Positions 20,367 through 28,539 of a stretch of 64,000 bases of DNA are shown in pieces. The DNA is from Promethearchaeota archaeon (lineage in GTDB: Archaea > Asgardarchaeota > Lokiarchaeia > Sigyniarchaeales > SOKP01), in assembly GCA_019058295.1 (NCBI GenBank), contig JAHPZI010000023.1:12766-76765 (forward strand), written 5' to 3'. A model generated the notes under the pieces. It saw only the letters and a list, made by a program, of their open reading frames with translations. It made no database searches and was not told the DNA's origin. The position numbers and the translations under genes are program-made. The stretch's first letter is position 1. Every line of letters begins with the position of its first letter.

Positions 20367-21409
20367 TTTTCACCTGAATTAATTTTTTTTTTAACCATTT
20401 TTTCAAATCCTATTGCATTAGAAAAACTAGGATCTTCAACCTTAATAATTCTACTTAAATCTATATCACCAACTAAATTATTTTCTAATATTAAAATCTC
20501 AATTTCAGTCCAAAAAATATCCAAAGCTTCACCTGCTAAAATAAAATATTCGATTTCTGCATCTAATGGTAAATTTCTTATCAAATCAATTAAAATATTG
20601 ACAATTTCAGTTGAAATTTGACGGATATAATATTTTTTTATTTCACTAATATCGTATGATTTTCCAGAGATTTGAACTTGTTCTTTATTGTCCCTTATGC
20701 TCTGTAAGATTGAATGAGGATTAACAATGTATCCTGTTTGTTCCTCTAGGGCAAGAGAGATTTTATTAGATAAAACAAATAATGAAGCATTTGTTAAATT
20801 TCGGGAGGCATTTCGAATCAATTTTCCATCAAAGATAATTAAGATTTCTGTTAATAGATCTAAAGAAATTACCACAGCATCTAATGCGGTATCTAACTCA
20901 GCACTTGAAATCACGTCATAATAAGTACCATAAGATTCAGGCATAACTAAAACCTGCTTAATATTAATTTTTTTAGTTATTATGTCCTTTGTTGCTTCAT
21001 TTTTAATTTTAATCTCAAATTCGCCTTTTAGCTTAGCACTTAATTCCTTCATCTTTTCTATAGTTGTAGAAACTGGAACGCCTATTCCAAGAATAAATTC
21101 CTCCTCATCATTCTCGGAAATTAATGGCAAGACTGATTTAATCAACAAGAAAATTTCATCAGTCTTTTTAAGATGTGCTTGATCTAAGAGATAATGTTTA
21201 ATTTCGCTCTGAGTTCGCGCTAATTCACCTATATAATATTCCTTATCGGTTTCTATGAGAATAAGATTATTTTCCCAACTTTTATCTACCGTTAAATCTC
21301 CCCATCCTGTAGGATCACTAGAACCAATTACATTAGGAATCGATAATTTGATAGATTCGCTAGAGAATTTAATATTCCCTCCTATATCAATTCCTATACC
21401 TAAAATAAT
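20363..21409 (-). CDS. ParM/StbA-like actin-fold protein, degenerate (putative pseudo-ATPase); probable ATT start
   Basis: The frame stays open 87 codons upstream of the tracked start (21148), reading IILGIGIDIGGNIKF...GW....DKSWENNL...YYIGELARTQSE, collinear with the neighbouring actin. It is bounded by an in-frame TGA at 21412-21410, and the extension has no ATG/GTG/TTG. Confidence 0.85.
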   Translation of the reverse strand: MILGIGIDIGGNIKFSSESIKLSIPNVIGSSDPTGWGDLTVDKSWENNLILIETDKEYYIGELARTQSEIKHYLLDQAHLKKTDEIFLLIKSVLPLISENDEEEFILGIGVPVSTTIEKMKELSAKLKGEFEIKIKNEATKDIITKKINIKQVLVMPESYGTYYDVISSAELDTALDAVVISLDLLTEILIIFDGKLIRNASRNLTNASLFVLSNKISLALEEQTGYIVNPHSILQSIRDNKEQVQISGKSYDISEIKKYYIRQISTEIVNILIDLIRNLPLDAEIEYFILAGEALDIFWTEIEILILENNLVGDIDLSRIIKVEDPSFSNAIGFEKMVKKKINSGEK

Positions 21410-21601
21410 TCAAGCACCAATTTTTTACGATATTTCAAGCGAATATTCAATAATTATAAATAGTAATATTTGTATAAATAACAAATGTATGATAAAAATA
21501 AAAAATATAATATTAAAAGTAATTAATGTAATTATAAATATAAATTTGAAAAAAAATTCAAAAAAACTAACTATTATCTAAAATTTATAAGGTGAGAAAT
21601 A
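21410..21601. promoter_or_regulatory. Putative bidirectional promoter between the two actin genes
   Basis: Very AT-rich spacer. TAATTATAAATA occurs at 21451-21462 and 21529-21540 (TATA-like on both strands). AAGGTGAG precedes ATG 21602; GGTG precedes ATT 21409 on the minus strand. Confidence 0.5.
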
Positions 21602-22639
21602 ATGGAAGATTCTTCAGAAAGATTATATATCGGTTGCGACTTAGGTACGAGTACAATAAAGCTCTCGTGTGGAGACACAAAATTCTTAATCCCATCTTTA
21701 ATTGGTGAACCAAATCCCGGCTGGTCTGGTGCGTCCTTTGATAAAAGTCTTGAGAATAACTTAGTCATAACTGAAGGGCGAGATTCTTATTATATTGGAG
21801 AATTAGCTCGAATGCAATCGGAAGTAAAACGTGCTCTTGCGTCTGATGGACAGATGAAATCTGCCGAAGAGACTTATATCGCATTAAAGGCAGCATTAGG
21901 GTTATTCATCGATAATGATGGTCAAGATGTTATAGTAGCAACGGGTGTACCAGTGGCTACTAGTATGGGAGTAATGAAAAATTTGAGTAAAATGTTAAAA
22001 GGAAATCTTGAGATAAATGTAAAAAACGACGCCACTGGCAAAACTAAACGACTTAATGTAAACATCGAAAAATGTTTGGTATTGCCAGAGCCTTATGGTA
22101 CTTACTATTCTACATTAAAAGAAAAAGGAGAAGAAACAGCTGTCGACACGGTACTAGTTGATATAGGACATGGAAGTACCGATATTTTGACAATGTATCA
22201 AGGTCGCCCTATGCGAACTGCATCCGGCTCTATGCGTGAAGCGACAGATACACTCACAAACCGGATGGCAAGTGCTCTTCAGGAAAAAACAAATCAAATC
22301 GTTAAACCTTTTGATTTAATGACTATAATTAGACAGCAAAAAGAAAGTGTATTGATTGGAGGGCAAACTTATTCTATTAAGAGCATCAGAGATTTTTATG
22401 CAAAACAAATTGCAAAAGTGATGGTTGACGAAGTCATGAGATTGATAACTACTTTACCTCCGGATGCTTTCGTAGAATATTATATAATTTGTGGTGGTGG
22501 AGCCTATACATTTGGAGAAGCCATTAAAGAGGCTATTATTGAGGGTCATTTAGTTACTACTGACGAAGCTGTTATCATTCCAGAAGATCCTGTTATAAGC
22601 AATGCTAGAGGATTCGAGCTTATAGCCCAATCGCAATAA
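21602..22639 (+). CDS. ParM/StbA-family actin-like ATPase
   Basis: All five actin-fold motifs: phosphate-1 GCDLGTSTIK, connect-1 VLPEPYGT, phosphate-2 VDIGHGSTD, adenosine ICGGGA, connect-2 PVISNARGF. Confidence 0.92.
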   Translation: MEDSSERLYIGCDLGTSTIKLSCGDTKFLIPSLIGEPNPGWSGASFDKSLENNLVITEGRDSYYIGELARMQSEVKRALASDGQMKSAEETYIALKAALGLFIDNDGQDVIVATGVPVATSMGVMKNLSKMLKGNLEINVKNDATGKTKRLNVNIEKCLVLPEPYGTYYSTLKEKGEETAVDTVLVDIGHGSTDILTMYQGRPMRTASGSMREATDTLTNRMASALQEKTNQIVKPFDLMTIIRQQKESVLIGGQTYSIKSIRDFYAKQIAKVMVDEVMRLITTLPPDAFVEYYIICGGGAYTFGEAIKEAIIEGHLVTTDEAVIIPEDPVISNARGFELIAQSQ

Positions 22640-22808
22640 TAAAATATTCATAAATCCAAATTTTTTACTTTTCCTTTAAAATTTTCTTAATATAGACAAA
22701 AAATAAATAACTTAATTTATACATTTAATTTAAGAGAATTATAATAAACTTCAACAAATAACAATTTTTATATAGAAAATATTTATCATACTCTCTTGGA
22801 AGATTACT

Positions 22809-24059
22809 GTGGGAGAAAAATCACCTCAAGATAATGTTAATAAGCTTGAAGACACCGTAAAAAAAGCATTGGATGGTTTTTCCGGAACAGACTCTGGGAC
22901 GGATACCGACCTTTCGAGTTTAGAAGGTGTAGTACAAAATGCATTAACTGAATTAACCGATTTAGAAAATAACTTATTAAATGTTATCTCCCCATCAGCA
23001 GGTAGTCAAGAAGACAAGGATAGCAATTACTTATTAGCAGTCAGACGATTACAAAACGCAATGAAAGTAGCGCTTTTAGATGGTGCGAGGAAAAAAGATT
23101 TAAAAACATTCGAAGAGGGTTTTAATTTCTATAATAATGCCCTTGAAATAATAACTGCTACAGGGATTCAATCTGAAATAGATCAAGTAATGAGTGAATT
23201 TGCCCAAACACTTATAAAGATAATAACCAAACCTGAAAATATTAAAAATCCTGAGTTTAAACCTTTTGCGTTTAAAGCTTGTAAAAATTTAGCGGAAATT
23301 TATGATTATTTTAAAAACTTTGAAATTAGTGGCAAATTTCATAATCGCGCCGGAGGTTTAATCTCTGATAATCCTCTCATCGCAGAATTAGAGTATTTTC
23401 AATCAGTTATTGACTATATTCTCCTGAACGATCTAAACAAAGCAAACGAACAGACTTCAAAGCTAAAATTTAAACATATTGTAATTTTCGCAAATGACCT
23501 AACAAACGCAATTAACGAATCTAAACCAGAACTTATTGAGCAAATTAAAACTAAAATCGAAGTCTTAGCAGCTCAAAAGGGATTTAAACCTAAAAATATT
23601 CTTTTTTTGCTAAATTTGATTAAAGATCGAATTAAAGATTCCAGCGGAAAAGTAACTGCGCAAACAATAAAAGCACCATCCGATGTTGTACCGTTATCTA
23701 AAGAAAAAATAGAAGCTATCAAAGATTCCTTGACACAAGGAATTCAATCACTTCAAGAAGCCTATCCTGAGCTCGAAAATCCAGCGGCTGCTCAGATTGA
23801 TACCAGTGAAATAATTTCTGAATTAAAAGAAGTTATCTCAACCGAAATTAGTAAAGAAGTAAAATCCCTTTCAAGCGACATCGTATCCAAAATCCTGAGC
23901 AATCTCCCCCGAGGTGGAATGGCATCTGGTCCCAGATATGCTGGAACTATTTCCGACGCAGATAGGCCTGATATTGAAATTGTTGAAGGTGGCCCAAGAG
24001 AAAAACCTCAAAGACCTAAGTTAGATGATATGCTAGATTCTGTAATCGTTAGCGAATAA
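22809..24059 (+). CDS. Hypothetical helical protein (alpha-SNAP/TPR-like core, disordered tail with terminal amphipathic motif)
   Basis: 416-aa ORF, GTG start; TPR-like helices in the centre; Gly/Pro-rich tail ending RPKLDDMLDSVIVSE. Confidence 0.65.
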   Translation: MGEKSPQDNVNKLEDTVKKALDGFSGTDSGTDTDLSSLEGVVQNALTELTDLENNLLNVISPSAGSQEDKDSNYLLAVRRLQNAMKVALLDGARKKDLKTFEEGFNFYNNALEIITATGIQSEIDQVMSEFAQTLIKIITKPENIKNPEFKPFAFKACKNLAEIYDYFKNFEISGKFHNRAGGLISDNPLIAELEYFQSVIDYILLNDLNKANEQTSKLKFKHIVIFANDLTNAINESKPELIEQIKTKIEVLAAQKGFKPKNILFLLNLIKDRIKDSSGKVTAQTIKAPSDVVPLSKEKIEAIKDSLTQGIQSLQEAYPELENPAAAQIDTSEIISELKEVISTEISKEVKSLSSDIVSKILSNLPRGGMASGPRYAGTISDADRPDIEIVEGGPREKPQRPKLDDMLDSVIVSE

Positions 24060-24088
24060 TTGAATTTTTCTTTTAGAAATTTGTAGAT

Positions 24089-26194
24089 TTAACTCGTTTT
24101 GAAATGTTGTTGCGGTTGAAAGATAGATAAATTTAGATCTTCAAATCTATTAGAATCACAAATTTCAGTAAACCATGTATAATCAGTATTAGGTTTCATT
24201 TGGTTACGAGAATCATTTATCCACGCGGAATTCTTATTTAATCCATAACTAGGCATAAGAAACGATAGGAAAAACATATTGTCGTAGAAATATAGATTGT
24301 GAAAATCAGTGTAATTAGAATTTCCTTCAGAAACCCAATTTAAATAGTATCCGTTTGCATTAGAAAGCTTATCTAGCGTAGACCATTTGGTATAGAAGGG
24401 CTTTTTTATATCTTCTGCTACTTCTCCAGTAGGAAAATATGAGATTTTATCCTTGTTTGCTAAATAGGCATTTAAGAGGTTATTATGAGATTTAAGGATT
24501 CTCGACTTTGATCGCTTCTCTCCATTTCGATAATTTACTGTAATGTTATATTCTCCATCTTCTAAGAATCCATTTCTATCAAATCCGACATATCTAATTT
24601 GATCCATATTCAACCTATCAACAACATATCCATTTCCATTCTTAAAATCGAAAGGCTCATTAAAGACCTTAAATTCATAACTATTTGGTCCTTGGACGAT
24701 AATATTGTCAATAATATTTGTAAATTTTTCTCCAAATAAGCCACGAAACATTGCTTCAAATCTAGTTTGCTTTTTTGGCATATCGCTGCTATTTTCACCA
24801 TTATCAAAATATGTTTGGCTTACAATTATATTATCTAGTGTTGGTATTGTCTCAGTTTTAACATCTTCATTAAAAAATGACTCTTCAAATTCATTAAATC
24901 GGTGCCAATATCTCATTCCATGTAAAAGTGGAATTTTCTCAAGGTTAGCAAGATATTCAGGATTTACATTTATTCCAGCTTTATGAAGAGCTTTTGTTAT
25001 GTTTTCAAGTTTTGGAGGGCAGCCTTTTATAGCTATAAGTTCTTTAATGTCTGGATTATTTCTATGTTTATTAAACATACATTGACCTAACAAAATTGTC
25101 TTTTTTTTCCCCGTAGGATTCATTCTTTTTCCTGTAAGAACTTCTATATCATCCCAAGGGTTTCCAACCCATGCAAAATTAATTGCTTCGAGTACTCTGC
25201 TAGTAAGCATAGAGCAATATGTACATAAGGAATTATCATAATTCCAATAATATATCCCCTTTACTCCTCGGTGTTTAAAAACTCTTGGCATTGAACCATC
25301 TTCAGTATAGGGGAATTTATATTCATGAAAATCTTGAACTTTCTCAATTTTTCTCCCTATAATCTCAACATCAGAAAAATCTATCGGTCTATTATTGGAT
25401 TCCGCATAATATTTAAGGTATCTGACGTCTGAGGGATCATAACCAAGAATTTTTGCTCCTACCTTATCAGCTGAAAATATATCAGAAGAAGCTATAATGA
25501 GATCTTTTCTTCTCATTTTTCCATCATAATTAGGGCCTCTTTCATTGGTATAAATTCCATCTATTACTGCGGCACTAGGAGGAAGTTTATTAGAAAGATG
25601 GGAAATAAAAAATTCAAGATCTTTTTCTGTGTCTGCGGTATGGCATTTTTTTCTTGAATTCACATCGATTAATCCCTTTAAATTTTTTAGAGCCAAACTT
25701 ACTTTGGTTTGAGCATGGGTCTTAAGAACTGGTATACTAACGATAAAATCGCTATATAAGGCATCTGTATTAAAATTTAAATCAATCCCATCACCTAAAT
25801 CGACATTCTCAAAAGACCTCTCAAAAACGTTGATTACCCTTATGCCGTGCCTTCTTATAAATATATTATAACCCAAAGTTTCAAACGCATGACGAGGAGT
25901 TTCAAAGTCTTTAGGATTCATTACGATAATACCCTCACCAATCGTAATATCAGAAATTCCTCGTTCTTTTAACGCAATTATTGTATCCTCAACAACACGA
26001 GAAGTAGTCACTACACCATATTTTGGATAAAAAGGTTCACATGACCAATAAACAATATTAGGTTTTAAAAATACTTTCTCATTTCCAGATAAATTTTCAA
26101 ATGCATTTGAAAGGTTGATAGCTTTACCTACAGATTTAATTTTGTTTCTATAACGTACAATTGCAACACGATGCTTATCCATGGTAAACCACAC
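24089..26194 (-). CDS. DUF362 domain protein with Cys cluster and ~250-aa C-terminal extension
   Basis: LKPN, IGEG, LKTH, LKNLKG, CTYC, GQC, GCPP; paralog of 18062..19387. Start is likely ATG at 26182. Confidence 0.85.
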   Translation of the reverse strand: MWFTMDKHRVAIVRYRNKIKSVGKAINLSNAFENLSGNEKVFLKPNIVYWSCEPFYPKYGVVTTSRVVEDTIIALKERGISDITIGEGIIVMNPKDFETPRHAFETLGYNIFIRRHGIRVINVFERSFENVDLGDGIDLNFNTDALYSDFIVSIPVLKTHAQTKVSLALKNLKGLIDVNSRKKCHTADTEKDLEFFISHLSNKLPPSAAVIDGIYTNERGPNYDGKMRRKDLIIASSDIFSADKVGAKILGYDPSDVRYLKYYAESNNRPIDFSDVEIIGRKIEKVQDFHEYKFPYTEDGSMPRVFKHRGVKGIYYWNYDNSLCTYCSMLTSRVLEAINFAWVGNPWDDIEVLTGKRMNPTGKKKTILLGQCMFNKHRNNPDIKELIAIKGCPPKLENITKALHKAGINVNPEYLANLEKIPLLHGMRYWHRFNEFEESFFNEDVKTETIPTLDNIIVSQTYFDNGENSSDMPKKQTRFEAMFRGLFGEKFTNIIDNIIVQGPNSYEFKVFNEPFDFKNGNGYVVDRLNMDQIRYVGFDRNGFLEDGEYNITVNYRNGEKRSKSRILKSHNNLLNAYLANKDKISYFPTGEVAEDIKKPFYTKWSTLDKLSNANGYYLNWVSEGNSNYTDFHNLYFYDNMFFLSFLMPSYGLNKNSAWINDSRNQMKPNTDYTWFTEICDSNRFEDLNLSIFQPQQHFKTS

Positions 26195-26245
26195 TACTTA
26201 AAAATTAATCGTTTAAATAGTTTTCAATTTAAAATTAATAATAAA

Positions 26246-27025
26246 TTACTTAAAACCTTGACAAAAAGCATAAACATTATCCCCTATAACATCGTGATTG
26301 TAGCCTCCTTCTAAAATAGCATATCGACGACCATTACAAAGCTTCTCAGAATATTCTTTCATTAAATTACCTAATTCTGTGTAATCTTCTGGATATAAAA
26401 GACTGCCCCAGTCCTGGATTCCTTGGTCGAAACCGGCGCTTGCTGCAAAAATATCAATATCCTCCAGATTTTCCATATATTCCCTTACTTCTTTTATATA
26501 TTTTTTATTAGATCCTGAATCGGGATTAAGTATTTTTACCTTAAAATCGTCAGCTCTATGGGTAAGTATATTAATATTGCCATCTCCAGTATGGAGATCG
26601 AAATCTAAAATAAATGCGGATTTGATTTTCTTCTCAGAATATAGCTTTAATAAGCTAATACTCATATTATTAAAATAACAAAACCCCCAACAGGAATCTG
26701 CTGATGCATGATGACCCGGAGGCCGAATAACTGCAAATGAGGGGGTTCCCTTATAAGCCTCCTCAGCAGCTAAGATTGCACCTCCTGCTGCTAACGATGC
26801 TAATTCATATAACAAAGATATATCCTTTATATATTGATAGTGCCTTTCTCCATGGGCTCGTAAAATATCTTCCTCTGTAGCAGGCTTTGGAATGATAATT
26901 TCAAATTGGTCTTTATCTTTATTATCTAAAATTTTTTTCATTATGCCATCTAATCGTCCTACTGAGGCAGCAGGATCCATTGCGTATTCAGAATTATAAT
27001 ATTTCTCATGAAACACAATTTTCAT
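26246..27025 (-). CDS. Histone deacetylase family (Zn-dependent amidohydrolase)
   Basis: RPPGHHA, GFCYFNN, DFDLHTGDG, SAGFD and LEGGY motifs intact. Confidence 0.92.
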   Translation of the reverse strand: MKIVFHEKYYNSEYAMDPAASVGRLDGIMKKILDNKDKDQFEIIIPKPATEEDILRAHGERHYQYIKDISLLYELASLAAGGAILAAEEAYKGTPSFAVIRPPGHHASADSCWGFCYFNNMSISLLKLYSEKKIKSAFILDFDLHTGDGNINILTHRADDFKVKILNPDSGSNKKYIKEVREYMENLEDIDIFAASAGFDQGIQDWGSLLYPEDYTELGNLMKEYSEKLCNGRRYAILEGGYNHDVIGDNVYAFCQGFK

Positions 27026-27030
27026 TTGTT

Positions 27031-27387
27031 TTAATCCTCATTAGGTTGAAAATTTTTGATGCTACTTACATTTTTATTCGAATCGATTGTTATAGCAAGT
27101 ACATTGATTTTATCACTTTCATCTTGCTCTGGATCTTCCATAAGAAAATAGAATGTATTTTTAGAAATTTCATACCCTATTTCCATATCACCACATGTTT
27201 CAGGTAAAATTTTTCGAATCTCCTCGGGGGCTATTTTTAATAATTCAGAATAAACTGAATCCTCAATTTTTCTTTGTTCCTTCCTAATTTCTTTGATAGA
27301 TTCGAATTCAAATTGCCCAAACGATTCGCCAACTTTAGAATTCAAATCATTCCATTTTTTAAATAATTCTGCTAAATTCTTTTCCAT
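27031..27387 (-). CDS. Hypothetical protein
   Basis: 118-aa ORF with protein-like composition, 5 nt upstream of the HDAC gene on the same strand. Confidence 0.7.
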   Translation of the reverse strand: MEKNLAELFKKWNDLNSKVGESFGQFEFESIKEIRKEQRKIEDSVYSELLKIAPEEIRKILPETCGDMEIGYEISKNTFYFLMEDPEQDESDKINVLAITIDSNKNVSSIKNFQPNED

Positions 27388-27749
27388 GTAATTTTTATTT
27401 TTTTATAGAACTTAATATTTTTTATTTGCATTTAAATACATTAATTCTTAAATTTAGTTTTATATCCTAAATCTAATTTTGATTTCAATATAATAAATTT
27501 CTTTAGTTTTATTAGCCACCTCTAATAGCATTAATTAGCTCAATTTAATTGCTGACAACAGTGAGGAGGATTCTGCGAAAAATGAAAATATCCCTAAATC
27601 ACCAATATTATTTGCAAATGGAAACGAGCGTCAAGGAAAAGTTTTCACAAAGAAATTATTAATAGATTTATTTATTTTTATTTATTGATTAAAATTATTA
27701 CATGTTGATTTAAACTCACATTTTTAAAAGAATAACTTCATTTTATTTA

Positions 27750-28514
27750 ATGATGAAATTTATTAAATTTTATATACTTTCTAAAGCCTATTATAAAAGA
27801 TTTCAAAATTTATTTAATAGACATTCAATAATAAAATTAATCAAGAATCCTATTAAATGGATTTCGAAAAATAATTATGAATTAAAAATTTTATTAAGAT
27901 ATTCGGTTTTTTACTTATTTATTAATCCTAAATTGAAATTGATAGATAGAGAGATTGAAGGAATGTCTCTACCAATGAAACAAGGTCGAATACTTTATAA
28001 TTATGCCAGAAAACTTCCAAAAAACAGTACAATCGTTGAGATTGGAGCATATTTAGGTCGTTCTACATGTTTTATTGCCGAAGGTATAAAAAATAGAAGA
28101 ACTCATTTTTATTCAATTGATAATTTCGATTATCAATTTTTTATTAAAAACCAATATAAACCTAATTATAAAAATGCTTATCAATATAGAAATGAATATT
28201 ATAAAAATATTTATCGTTATAGAAATAAAATCAAAATTATAAAAGGGTTTTCCTATAATATTGTAAAAGATTTCCAAAATGAAAAAATAGATATGTTTTG
28301 GCTTGATGCTTCTCATCGTTATGAAGCTTGTAAAAAAGATATTGAAGATTGGTTGCCTCTTGTCAATATTGATGGATATTTAATTTTTCATGATTATGGT
28401 GAAAAATCAGGAAATATTTCTGTAAAAAAGGCAGTTGATGAGAAAATAAGAGAAGGAAAATTGAAAAAAATAAAAAGAGTCCAAAATTTACTAATAACTA
28501 AAAAAATTGCTTAA
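27750..28514 (+). CDS. Class I SAM-dependent methyltransferase (Methyltransf_24-like)
   Basis: VEIGAYLGRST, SIDNF, IDMFWLDASH.YE, GYLIFHDY motifs. Confidence 0.85.
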   Translation: MMKFIKFYILSKAYYKRFQNLFNRHSIIKLIKNPIKWISKNNYELKILLRYSVFYLFINPKLKLIDREIEGMSLPMKQGRILYNYARKLPKNSTIVEIGAYLGRSTCFIAEGIKNRRTHFYSIDNFDYQFFIKNQYKPNYKNAYQYRNEYYKNIYRYRNKIKIIKGFSYNIVKDFQNEKIDMFWLDASHRYEACKKDIEDWLPLVNIDGYLIFHDYGEKSGNISVKKAVDEKIREGKLKKIKRVQNLLITKKIA

Positions 28515-28539
28515 TGTAATTTTTGTTTTATTATAGAGC

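Noticed and set aside
20363-21148. Reading the minus-strand actin as a 261-aa truncated pseudogene
   Set aside because: The frame continues without stops to 21409 and is collinear with the paralog's N-terminus.
21410-21412. In-frame TGA upstream of the dead actin as selenocysteine or readthrough
   Set aside because: Homology to the paralog begins right after the TGA, and the upstream sequence looks like an RBS/promoter rather than coding DNA.
21410-21601. Possible parC-like centromere between the actin genes
   Set aside because: Only a twice-repeated TATA-like 12-mer in very AT-rich DNA; no iteron array and no small ParR-like gene nearby.
21255-21768. Tracked ORFs 21255..21581 (+) and 21574..21768 (-)
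   Set aside because: Antisense shadows of the two actin genes plus low-complexity promoter DNA.
21602-22639. Calling the intact actin a lokiactin (eukaryote-type actin) or MreB
   Set aside because: Eukaryotic-actin signatures (DNGSG..KAG, TEAPLNP) and MreB signatures (EP.AAA, DIGGGTTE.A) are absent; the motif spacing fits the ParM/StbA-like group.
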